Assembly: GCF_011386835.1 (NCBI RefSeq)
Contig: NC_088803.1
Span: 248,001-312,000 of the forward strand
Source: Chrysemys picta bellii
Taxonomy: Eukaryota
Direction of reading: 5' to 3'
DNA: 64,000 bases
The notes under the pieces were generated by a model. That model ran no database searches. It worked only from the letters and a program-made list of their open reading frames with translations, and had not been told where the DNA came from. Below, piece by piece: positions 33,821 through 43,631 of this stretch; positions within the stretch are counted from its first letter, which is position 1, and each line of letters opens with the position of its first letter. The position numbers were made by a program, and so were the translations under genes.

Positions 33821-35839
33821 TGTGACAGTTATGGCAATTTCCTGGATAAACTTATTGAATTAAGTTTAATCCCTTTGGGGTCCATTGTATTAAAAATACA
33901 ATTGTGTATGTGTTATTGTGGATTGAACGTAACTTTCCTAGAGACTGACTAATGTAATCCTGGGGAAATGTTAGGAACTTCTAAGAACTGTTTGGGACAG
34001 TATGTGTGAAGGGGGCCAGGACATATTTGGGAAGTCTCTACTGATTACCTAGTCCTGGAAACCCCAGATCAAAAACCCCCATCCTGCATAAAGCATGGAC
34101 TAAACTTGTCATGACGGAGCTAGTTCTGAACTGAGGCTGTTATAAGCTGGTGACCACAGAAGAGACCCCATTGTGGGGTTTGAAGGACTAATCACCCGAC
34201 AGAGTCCATGGTGGAGCTGGGGTGATCTCTGGTAAGTTTATTACTGTGCACGTAGGCACTTTTATTAACATAAGAACATAAGAACGGCCATACTGGGTCA
34301 GACCAAAGATCCATCAAGCCCAGTATCCTGTCTCCCGACAGTGGCCAATGGCAGGTGCCCCAAAGGGAATGAACAGACAGGTTATCATCAAATGATCCAT
34401 GCCCTGTCACCCAATCCCAGCTTCTGGCAAACAGAGGCTAGGGACACCATCCCTGCCCATCCTTGCTAATAGCCATTGATGGACCTATCTTCCATGAATC
34501 TATCTAGCTCCCTTTTGAACCTCCTTATAGTATTGGCCTTCACAACACCTGCTGGCAAGGCGTTCCAGAGGTTAACAGCACGTTGCGTGGAAAAAATACT
34601 TTCTTGTGTTTGTTTTAAACCTGCTACCTATTAATTTAATTTCATTAAACCTGCTACCCTTGTTCTTGTATTATGAGAAGGAGTAAATAACACTTCCTTA
34701 TTTACTTTCTCTATACCACTCATGATTTTATAGACCTCTATCATATTCCCCCTTAGTCGCCTCTTTTCCAAGCTGAAAAGTCCCAGTCTTATTAATCTCT
34801 CCTCATACAGCAGCCGTTCCATACCCCTAAACATTTTTGTTGCCCTTTTCTGAACCTTTTCAAATTCCAATGTATCTTTTTTGAGATGAGGTGACCACAT
34901 CTGCACACAGTATTCAAGGTGTGGGCATACCATGGATTTATATAGAGGCAATATATTATTTTCTGTCCTATTATCTATCCCTTTCTTGATGATTCCCAAC
35001 ATTCTGTTCGCTTTTCTGACTGCCGCTGCACATTGACTGGATGATTTCAGAGAACTCTCCACAATGACTCCAAGATCTCTTTCTTGAGTGGTAACAGCTA
35101 ATTTAGGTCCTATCATTGTATATGTATAGTTAGGATTATGTTTTCCAATGTGCATTACTTTGCATTTATCAACATTAAATTTCATCTGCCATTTTGTTGC
35201 CCAGTCACCCAGTTTTGTGAGACCCCTTTGTAACTCTTCACTGTCTGCCTGGGTCTTAACTATCTTTAGTAATTTTGTATCATCTGCAAATTTTGCCACC
35301 TCACTGTTCACCCCTTTTTCCAGATCGTTTATGAATATGTTGAATAGGACTGGGCCCAGTACTGACCCCTGCGGGACACCACTATTCACCTCTCTCCATT
35401 CTGAAAACTGACCATTTATTCCTACCCTTTTTTCCCTATCTTTTAACCAGTTACCAGTCCATGAGAGGACCTTCCCTCTTATCCCATGGCTGCTTATTTT
35501 GCTTAAGAGCCTATTTTAAAATATGTTTTCTCTGTATTGCTTTTACCTTAAAATAAAATACGCTTACTTAGGGAGAACTGTGTGAACTTAAAACGGAGGC
35601 AATTACACTGTGCACCACCCCGGAGGGGGGGGGGGGGAAAGCAAAGTCGGGCTGCTTAGGCTGGCTGGCTTTTGAGGGAACAATGCAGTGAAAGGAACTG
35701 CTCAGCCTGGAAAGGCCCCAGTCAGGAGGGAGAGAGATGTGGGTCTCCACCCAACAGCTAGGGAGCTGGAAGCCCGAGAGAGATGCTCCTGCTGGACCAA
35801 TAAGGGGAAATACAGGTGCAGTTACTCTGAACTGTGACC
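33821..35839 (+). mobile_element. Solo LTR interrupted by a CR1
   Basis: Starts TGTGACA and ends CTGTGACC. Flanked by 5-bp AAAAG on both sides. Confidence 0.6.
34269..35512 (-). mobile_element. CR1 LINE, 5'-truncated
   Basis: ORF 34631-35389 with GVPQGSVLGP and FADDTKL. CATAAGAA tail repeats. Same family as 11818-13243. Confidence 0.93.
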
Positions 35840-36989
35840 AAAAGTTGGGCCTAAACATCACGGTCCATTTGAAAATTCCACTACGTGTCTATCTGCATCT
35901 TTAGGTGGCAATATACCTTTGAAAATCTGGCCACGTCCGATTGAATTTCAGTGGGAACTGGGCTCCTGAATGGCTTTTGAAAATGGGACTTACTCTCCTA
36001 CGTTAATTAGGAGGTTTTGAAAATGTTACTCACTACATAGATAAAGATAGAAAGATAAAAAAGGAAGAAAAAATGCTAATAGATTTAACTGAGGTGAGAA
36101 TGCTACATTCATCACATACAATATATTCCGGATTTGTGGTGCTTATGTATTGTGTCTTCTGCACCTGTTGCCTTGAATTTTGAGTAACATGCAATATGCA
36201 TAGAACCTAAACCTGGGAATAAAATGGGGATTTTTTTCTTCTTTCCTGCCCCCAGCTGTTGTGTCATTGGAACTGGTCATTAAGTTTTCTGTGCTTTTTC
36301 TAGTTCTTGAAATTAAAAATAAATCCGAAACCAGTGTCTGGAGACGGCTGGGCCCATTTATGAGATCGAAAAAGAACAAGTGAAATCTTAGAGAACAGCG
36401 AAAATAGCTGGACTTTAAAGCTGGAATTTCCAAAGAAAGTTAAAAGTCTATGGCAGTTAGACACCAAGCTCTTGTGAGGTGCTTTTGAAATTCTCAATCT
36501 AAAGCAAAAGTGTGAGATGAAGTTCACCTGGGTGTGCAGAGGGTCAACTCGCCAGTTCTATACCAACTTCCATCCTAAACCATTTTATACTTGCACAATT
36601 AGCCTGACAAACTCATCAGTACACATTATTATTGAGGCCAAGAACGTAGTAGATTTCAAACAAGGATCAGAGATTGATCCGGATAACAAGAACATCTTGA
36701 GTTATATAAAAGCCAGTCGTCGTCGTCATCATCATCATCATCATCAAGGATGAGTAGTAAATTTTCCTTTGGAGCTTTTCTTTGGTGGAAAATTGGGTTT
36801 TCAATGGACCTGCCCAGGGGTAAACATCAGCATCACCCACTAGATGGGAATATGACCCTCTACTACATCAACCCACAGTGAACTGGGCACCAAGGAAAGT
36901 AATACTGCTGGTCCAGAAAGGTGTTGAAATCTCACTACATACAGCTATGTCCATATGCGGCCAGACCCTCTCTGGTATAAACCGACATG

Positions 36990-37325
36990 GCCCCACTGAC
37001 TTCAATTTACACCAGCTGGAGACCTGAACCATTGACTCCAGTGGAGCTATGGTGGGTTCACACCAGTTGGAGATCTGAACCATTGACTCCAGTGGAGCTA
37101 TGGTGGGTTCACACCAGTTGGAGATCTGAACCATTGACTCCTGTGGAGCTATGGTGGGTTCGCACCAGTTGGAGATCTGAACCATTGACTCCAGTGGAGC
37201 TATGGTGGGTTCACACCAGTTGGAGATCTGAACCATTGACTCCAGTGGAGCTATGGTGGGTTCACACCAGTTGGAGGTCTGAACTATTGACTCCAATGGA
37301 GCTGCAGCCAATTTATGCCAGCTGG
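36990..37325. repeat. 51-bp tandem repeat, about 6 copies
   Basis: Unit ACCATTGACTCCAGTGGAGCTATGGTGGGTTCACACCAGTTGGAGATCTGA; 17-aa periodicity in the ORF track. Confidence 0.92.
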
Positions 37326-38099
37326 GGATCTGTCCAATAATGCCTAGTGGTCTGGCTTGATTGTGGTGGGCACTGTGCAGAGTCAGTCCTTGTCCTAAAG
37401 AGTTTATAATCTAAACAGCCTTAAGGAAGTGCCCTAGCCCCATTTTACAGATGGGAAACCAAGGCATGCACAGAGCAAGTGACACAGGCTATCTGGAGTC
37501 CGACTCCAGTGCCTTCACCTCAGACCCTTCTTTCTTTGGGAATTGCTGGGGGTTATTTTTTGAAGCACTGATGTGCCTACGGGCCCCTTTGTGCTGTGTG
37601 CTGCACAGAGATAGAGAGGCCGTATGGGCCCTGAGGACAGGACACAGCAAGTGCTTGTGGCATACTGAGGGCGGGGGTGGGGTTTACAAAAATAAGACCA
37701 TGTGGTGACAGACGTCATTTTATTTTTAGGAGTTGAAGAGCTTTGACAGTTCCAAGGGGTGGGATAATGGGATGTTCGGACCAATGGTCTGATGCTGTTT
37801 AGCTGTTCCTGTATCCCTAAAACATGTTAAACACCTCGGATTCTGCCCCGGGACCCCTTCTTAGATGAGCCTGACATTCTGTTCTTTTCCCTTCTCCTTG
37901 GATTAGTACATCAGAGCCAGAGTCACGGACCAGGACCCCACTATGCCAGATGTTCAAACATGGGACAAAAACCCAAGCTGCCGATCCCATCACCTCCCAT
38001 TGTCACATGCAGACCCCATGCAGTGGTTAGAAAACCTATTTCTCTGGCTCCCATAACTGAACTCCTCCTCATTCTCCTCCCAGTCGGTAGTGACTTTAG

Positions 38100-38230
38100 C
38101 CTCACAACCCTGGGTGTTGTGTGGTAGTGAAATGACCCGCATGGGGAAACTGATGCCAAGGGACTTGCCCAAGGTCATACAGGGAAATAGAACCCAGGAG
38201 TCCTGACTCCCAGCCCACCCTGCTCTTACC
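38100..38230 (-). mobile_element. MIR/CORE-SINE-like fragment (similar relics at about 40-170, 5530-5780, 37430-37520 and 63050-63170)
   Basis: GGGGAAACTGA...GACTTGCCCAAGGTCA...AGAACCCAGG..TCCTGACTCCCAG is the reverse complement of a typical MIR-like core and head. Confidence 0.55.
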
Positions 38231-38469
38231 ACGAGACACGATTCCCTTCCAAGAAACAGAAATGCAACCCAGTAGTCCGGAGTGCCAATCAGTGCCTCTA
38301 GCCATAGGAGCATTGGAACAAATTCCAATAGATCCCAGGAGCCTGGAGTTCAATCGTTAGGCCCACTCCCCTCCCAGAGCCAGGGACAGAACCCAGGAGT
38401 CCTGATGTTCATCTCCAAGACCCTCTCTCCTGTCCAGTTCTCAGGCAGCTCCTGCTGGCAGCAGGATAA

Positions 38470-39408
38470 TCATGGCTCAGGCCCTGGCGGTTTCCTGCCC
38501 CCCAGTCTCATGAGGGCAGCTTTCATCTCCTTGTTCCTCAGCGTGTAGATGAGGGGGTTGAGGAGCGGGGTCACCGTGGTGTAGAATACACCCACCACCC
38601 TGTCCACGGGGTGCTGGGACCCCGGCCTCAGGTAGATGAAGATCAGGGGCACGTAGTAGGTCACCACCACGGTGATATGTGCCACGCAGGTGGAGAAGGC
38701 CCGACGCCTGCCCTCAGTGGAGCGGATCCTCAGGATGGCTGAGACAATGTAGACATAGGACATCAGGATCAGCAGGAAGCAGGTCATGGCCACGAATCCC
38801 ACGTCGATGAATGTCACCAGCTCGTTGAGCGCTGTGTCCCCGCAGGCCAGCTTCAGCACAGCCGGGATATCGCAGAAGATGTAGCCTACCTGGGTGTCCC
38901 GGCCGTAGGGCAGGCGGAAGGTGAGTGCAGTCTCTATCAGCGAGTGCAGGGAGCCCCCTAGCCAGGTCCCCGCTGCCAGGCACAGGCAGGCTCTGCGGTT
39001 CATAATGACGCTGTAGCGCAGTGGCTTGCAGATGGCCAGGAAGCGGTCGTAGGCCATGACCGTGTAGAGGAAGCACTCGGTGCAGCCCAGGAAGTGGAAG
39101 AAGAAGAGCTGGGCCACGCAGCCATGGAAGGAGATGGCCCCGCCGCCCGACAGGAAGCCGGCCACCACCTTGGGCACCACCACCGAGGAGACCGTCATGT
39201 CCAGGAAGGACAAGTGGCAGAGGAACCAGTACATGGGCTTGTGCAGCCGGCGCTCCCGGGCCACCGCCAGCAGGATGAGCAGGTTCCCGCACAGCGTCAA
39301 CAGGTAGATGAGGAGGAAGAAGAGGAACAAGGGCACCCGCAGCTCTGGGGGGTATGAGAGCCCCACCAGGATGAAATGGGTGATCTGGGATCTGTTCCCA
39401 CACTCCAT
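38470..39408 (-). CDS. Olfactory receptor, OR10G-like, 312 aa
   Basis: ATG at 39408 (MECGNRSQITHF). Motifs LHKPMYWFL, MAYDRFLAICKPLRY, STCVAH, YLRPGS and PLLNPLIYTLRNKEM. The ORF-track extension to 39717 is non-coding. Confidence 0.92.
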   Translation of the reverse strand: MECGNRSQITHFILVGLSYPPELRVPLFLFFLLIYLLTLCGNLLILLAVARERRLHKPMYWFLCHLSFLDMTVSSVVVPKVVAGFLSGGGAISFHGCVAQLFFFHFLGCTECFLYTVMAYDRFLAICKPLRYSVIMNRRACLCLAAGTWLGGSLHSLIETALTFRLPYGRDTQVGYIFCDIPAVLKLACGDTALNELVTFIDVGFVAMTCFLLILMSYVYIVSAILRIRSTEGRRRAFSTCVAHITVVVTYYVPLIFIYLRPGSQHPVDRVVGVFYTTVTPLLNPLIYTLRNKEMKAALMRLGGRKPPGPEP

Positions 39409-39724
39409 CCACTCCGTTTGTGTCCCTGCCAGTGAACCTGCAGTGTTTATAATTAACAAAGGGCGAAATGGGTGATTTCTGCATGGGCATTCGGAATAAC
39501 ACTCACGTACGGGGCTCAGAATCAAACCCAGGTGTCCTGGCTCTGCACCTGCTCCAACCCACTGGACCCCACTCCCTTCCCAGATCTGGAGATAGAACCC
39601 AGAAGTCCTGACTCCCAGCCTGCTCTGTTTTAACCCATTAGACCCCACTCCTCTCGCAGAGCTGGGGATAGAAGCCCAGAGCAAAATACAGACAAATTCC
39701 AATGAGAAACAAAGCACACATGGT

Positions 39725-39945
39725 TAGCCGCGAGGGTGATTAACCCTCGGAACAAGCTCTCAGGGGAAGTGGCAGATTCTCTGTCTCTCGCTGTCTTCAA
39801 GACAAGAGCACTTGCCTCTGTGGAGGATGGCCCTTAGTCAGGCAGGAGTTGCTGGGCTTGGTGCAGGGGTAACTGGGTGAAATTCTATGGCCTTTGGTAC
39901 CCAGGATCATCCTGGCCTCCTCTAGCCTTAAAATCTCTCTCTGTA
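39725..39945 (+). mobile_element. Old CR1 3' end fragment (paralog about 50755-50950)
   Basis: Degenerate RVIN.WNKL..EV.DS.SL.VFK.R-like coding remnant followed by a CR1-like 3' UTR. Confidence 0.55.
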
Positions 39946-41598
39946 TGACTCTCTACGGCTGTGCGTGGTACCTGGCCGTGTGCTTGGTGGGATGCTGCAG
40001 CCAGCGCTCTAAGCTGCTCTCTCAGCTCTCCCTTTCCCTCGTGAAATCCCTCCGACCAGACACTTCACACAGGAGCTGGGTTCGATTCGAATGTGAAGCC
40101 CGCCTCAAACCAGCCGGGACTCAGGGTCTTTGTCCCTACAGAGCATTACCCCAGAGCTGCCCACTGCAGGTTCCTTGCATCTGCCTCCTAAGTAATTGGT
40201 ACCAGCCACGGCGGAAGACCAGGCTGGAGGGGCCCCAGCACTGATCCGATCAGGCAGTTTCTCTGTTTCTAGCAATCGTTTCTCTGCTCTGTTTAGTTTT
40301 CCCTTCAGCTCTGACATGTCCTTTCTCTCTGCAGTTTCTTATAACCTTGCACCGTCTCTCTGTTCTTCCTTGTGCTCTCCTCCCTTCCCCCCTTGTGTAT
40401 CTCTCTCCTTCGGGATCACTCATGGCTGGGCCAATATTAAACTGTTGATGTTCGCTGTGTTTTTAAGTACATATAATTATGCCCTCCGACCACCACTGGG
40501 AAGCTCCACTGGGCATTATTAGCAGTGTTGTTTGGGCACAGTGAAGAGGGTCTGTGTATTTCATTAGTGAGGAGAGTCTGTGGCCTGGCTAGGCTGGACT
40601 GCAGAACGCACCTGGTGCTGACGATGATGGTTACACCAAAGGTCCTGCCAATGCAACGATTCTTATAGAAAACTGCTTATTGAGAACGCTCTGAGCCAGG
40701 CCTGAGCCAGGGCTCTGCAAGGGGATGCTGCTTTGCACAGAGTGGAGTGGGTGTCCCTTCCCTTGGTGTGAGTGCCGACCCCAATGTCCCAGCAAAGTTC
40801 TAGGGGGTGCTGTGCTGCAGGGAAGGGGTGGGGCCCTGTTCTCTCTGAGTATGTCTGAACAGGGATCAAAAACCTGCAGCTGGCTTGGGTCAACTGACTT
40901 GGGCTTGCAGGGCTCTGGGGCTAAAAAACCCACCACCAACAAAAACATTCCCTCAGTACATTTCTCAGCTCGGCCCCAGTCCGAGCATCTACACAGCAAT
41001 ATTTACCCCTGCAGCTGACCCAGGCCAGCCACTGGTCTTTTATCCCTGTGTAGACATACCCTCTGAGTCCGTTTTGGACCCAATGTCCCAGCACAGCAGC
41101 TGGGGGCGCGATGCTGTAGGGGGTGCTGTCTCCAGAGAGTCAGTGTGAGCCCAGCGCTCATGGCACATTTTGATCAAAGTCGATGTTTTAACCTTCATTT
41201 CCTGTCTACACTCTCACGAAGGCCTTGTCTACACTACGAGAGTAGTTCGATTTTACTTGCATCGAATTTTTGTAATCGATATTGCAAAGTCGAACGTGTG
41301 TGTCCACACTAAGGACAGTAATTCGACTTTGTGCGTCCACACTAACGGTGAAAGCGTCGACATTCGAAGCGGTGCACTGTGGTCAGCTATCCCACAGTTC
41401 CCACAGTCCCCTCTGCCCATTGGAATTCTGGGTGAAGCCGGCAATGCCTTCTGGGTAACAAAATGAGTCGAGGGTGCTTTTGGGAAACTGTCGTCATCCG
41501 TCCATCACTCCCGCCCTCCCTCCCTGAAAGCGCCGGCGGGAAATCAGTTCGCGCGCTTTTCCAGTCATTGACAGCGCGGACGCCACTGTACTCCGAGC

Positions 41599-42882
41599 AT
41601 GGAGCCCGCTGCGACCATCGCTGCAGTTGCGGCCGCTCTCAACGCCTTGCAGCTTATCATAAAGGTTTCCCTGAGGCAGATGCAGAAAAGTCAGGCGAGG
41701 AGGCTACGGCACCGCGGTGATGTCCTGAAGTCTGAGAGTAGCACAGACCTGTCAGAAAGCAGGGGACCCAGCGCCGAGGACATCACAGTGGCAATGGGTC
41801 ATGTTGATGCCGTGGAACGGCGATTCTGGGCACGGGAAACAAGCACTGAGTGGTGGGACCGCATAGTGCTGCAGGTCTGGGATGAATCCCAGTGGCTGCG
41901 AAACTTTCGCATGCGGAAGGGAACTTTCCTGGAACTTTGTGAGTTGCTGTCCCCTGCCCTGAAGCGCAGTGACACCCGGTTGCGAGCTGCACTGAGTGTA
42001 CAGAAGCGAGTGGCCATAGCCCTCTGGAAGCTTGCAACGCCAGACAGCTACCGGTCAGTCGCGAATCACTTTGGCGTCGGCAAATCTACCGTGGGGGTTG
42101 TTGTGATGCAAGTAGCGAAGGCAATCGTTGATGTACTGCTGCCAAAGGTAGTGACCCTGGGAAACGTGGAGGCGATCATAGATGGCTTCGCAGCGATGGG
42201 ATTCCCAAACTGCGGTGGGGCCATAGATGGAACTCACATCCCTATCCTGGCACCGGACCACCAGGCCACCCAGTACATTAACCGAAAAGGCTACTTTTCC
42301 ATGGTGCTGCAAGCACTGGTGGACCACAGGGGACGTTTTACCAACATCTACGTGGGATGGCCGGGCAAGGTTCATGACGCTCGTGTTTTCAGGAACTCTG
42401 GTCTGTTTAGACGGCTGCAACAAGGTATTTACTTCCCGGACCACAAAATAACTGTTGGGGATGTGGAGATGCCTATAGTCATCCTCGGGGACCCAGCCTA
42501 CCCGCTAATGCCCTGGCTCATGAAGCCCTATACTGGCGCCCTGGACACTGAAAAAGAACTCTTCAACTACCGGCTGAGCAAGTGCAGAATGGTGGTGGAG
42601 TGTGCTTTTGGCCGTCTCAAGGGGAGATGGAGAAGCTTACTGACTCGCTGTGATCTCAGCGAAACCAATATCCCCATTGTTATAGCAGCTTGCTGTGTGC
42701 TCCACAATCTCTGTGAGAGCAAGGGGGAGACCTTTATGGCGGGGTGGGAGGTTGAGGAAAATAGCCTGGCTGCTGATTACTCACAGCCAGACAGCCGGGC
42801 GATTAGAAGAGACCAGCGGGAAGCGCTGTGCATCCGGGAGGCTTTGAAAGCAAAGTTCCTGAGTGAGCAGGGTAACCTGTGA
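41599..42882 (+). CDS. Harbinger DDE transposase (HARBI1-like family), 427 aa
   Basis: W..NFRM, HTH region (LATPDSYRSVANHFGVGKSTV), catalytic IDGTH, GDPAYPL and VECAFGRLKGRWR. AATAAA at 42998-43003. Confidence 0.95.
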   Translation: MEPAATIAAVAAALNALQLIIKVSLRQMQKSQARRLRHRGDVLKSESSTDLSESRGPSAEDITVAMGHVDAVERRFWARETSTEWWDRIVLQVWDESQWLRNFRMRKGTFLELCELLSPALKRSDTRLRAALSVQKRVAIALWKLATPDSYRSVANHFGVGKSTVGVVVMQVAKAIVDVLLPKVVTLGNVEAIIDGFAAMGFPNCGGAIDGTHIPILAPDHQATQYINRKGYFSMVLQALVDHRGRFTNIYVGWPGKVHDARVFRNSGLFRRLQQGIYFPDHKITVGDVEMPIVILGDPAYPLMPWLMKPYTGALDTEKELFNYRLSKCRMVVECAFGRLKGRWRSLLTRCDLSETNIPIVIAACCVLHNLCESKGETFMAGWEVEENSLAADYSQPDSRAIRRDQREALCIREALKAKFLSEQGNL

Positions 42883-43631
42883 CTTTATAGTTTGTATACT
42901 GAGAAGCTAAACCTGCCCCCGTTTCTTTACCCAGTTAATGTTGACTATCCTATCCAGTTACATACCCCCTTCACCCCCCCTCCAACACACGTGTCGAAAT
43001 AAAAATAGTTCTACTGTGTTAAAGCACACCGTTTTCTTTAATACTGTTTTCGCGGGAATTTTTTAAAACTGGGACGCAGACTGTGGTGCGGAGCGGGTGT
43101 AGTGTTGTGACGCGAATGCAGCTTCTAAACTCAAGGATTGACAGGCTCCGCTGCGGTGGGATGCTTGTTTCAACGGAGCCTGTCACCCCTCCTGATCGGG
43201 ACTGTGTGTATGGGGGGTCTATGTGACTTTGTGGCAGGGGGAGGACGGTTACAGATCCCATGCTGTGTGGCTCTGTGATCCTGCCTAAGGACCGGCGCTT
43301 AAGATCTGTAACTGCCCTCCCCCGCCACAAAGTCACAGAGCAACCCCCCCCCCCCAACATTACATCAAAACAACCTCCCAGACTAACCGGGGTAACTAGT
43401 CACTGCATCACTGCACTGTGTATGTGCCCTGCTGCTGTGCCTGCCCCCGACTATGTACCCTGCCAAAGGAGACTGTCCTGTCCAATTACCAACCCCCTTT
43501 CCCCTCCTCCTCCAAAAGAACATGATTGAAACAGTAGTTAACAGAAACGAATTTTTTATTATCAACTACACATGGCATTGGGAGGTGAAACTTGGACGTG
43601 GGCTTGTGTCAGGCGGGAAGGAAAGAACTTT

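Noticed and set aside
36868-37340. 17-aa repeat protein or CRISPR array
   Set aside because: Contiguous 51-bp tandem repeat without spacers, derived from a dispersed repeat.
38714-39502. Long alternative-frame and antisense ORFs over OR genes (also 8322, 17288, 32203, 49762)
   Set aside because: Expected shadows of high-GC3 codon usage.
42864-42882. Splice from the transposase C-terminus into the micro-exon to give a transposase-BEN fusion
   Set aside because: The only nearby donor (CAGG/GTAACC) is phase 1, which would put the micro-exon and ORF3 out of frame.
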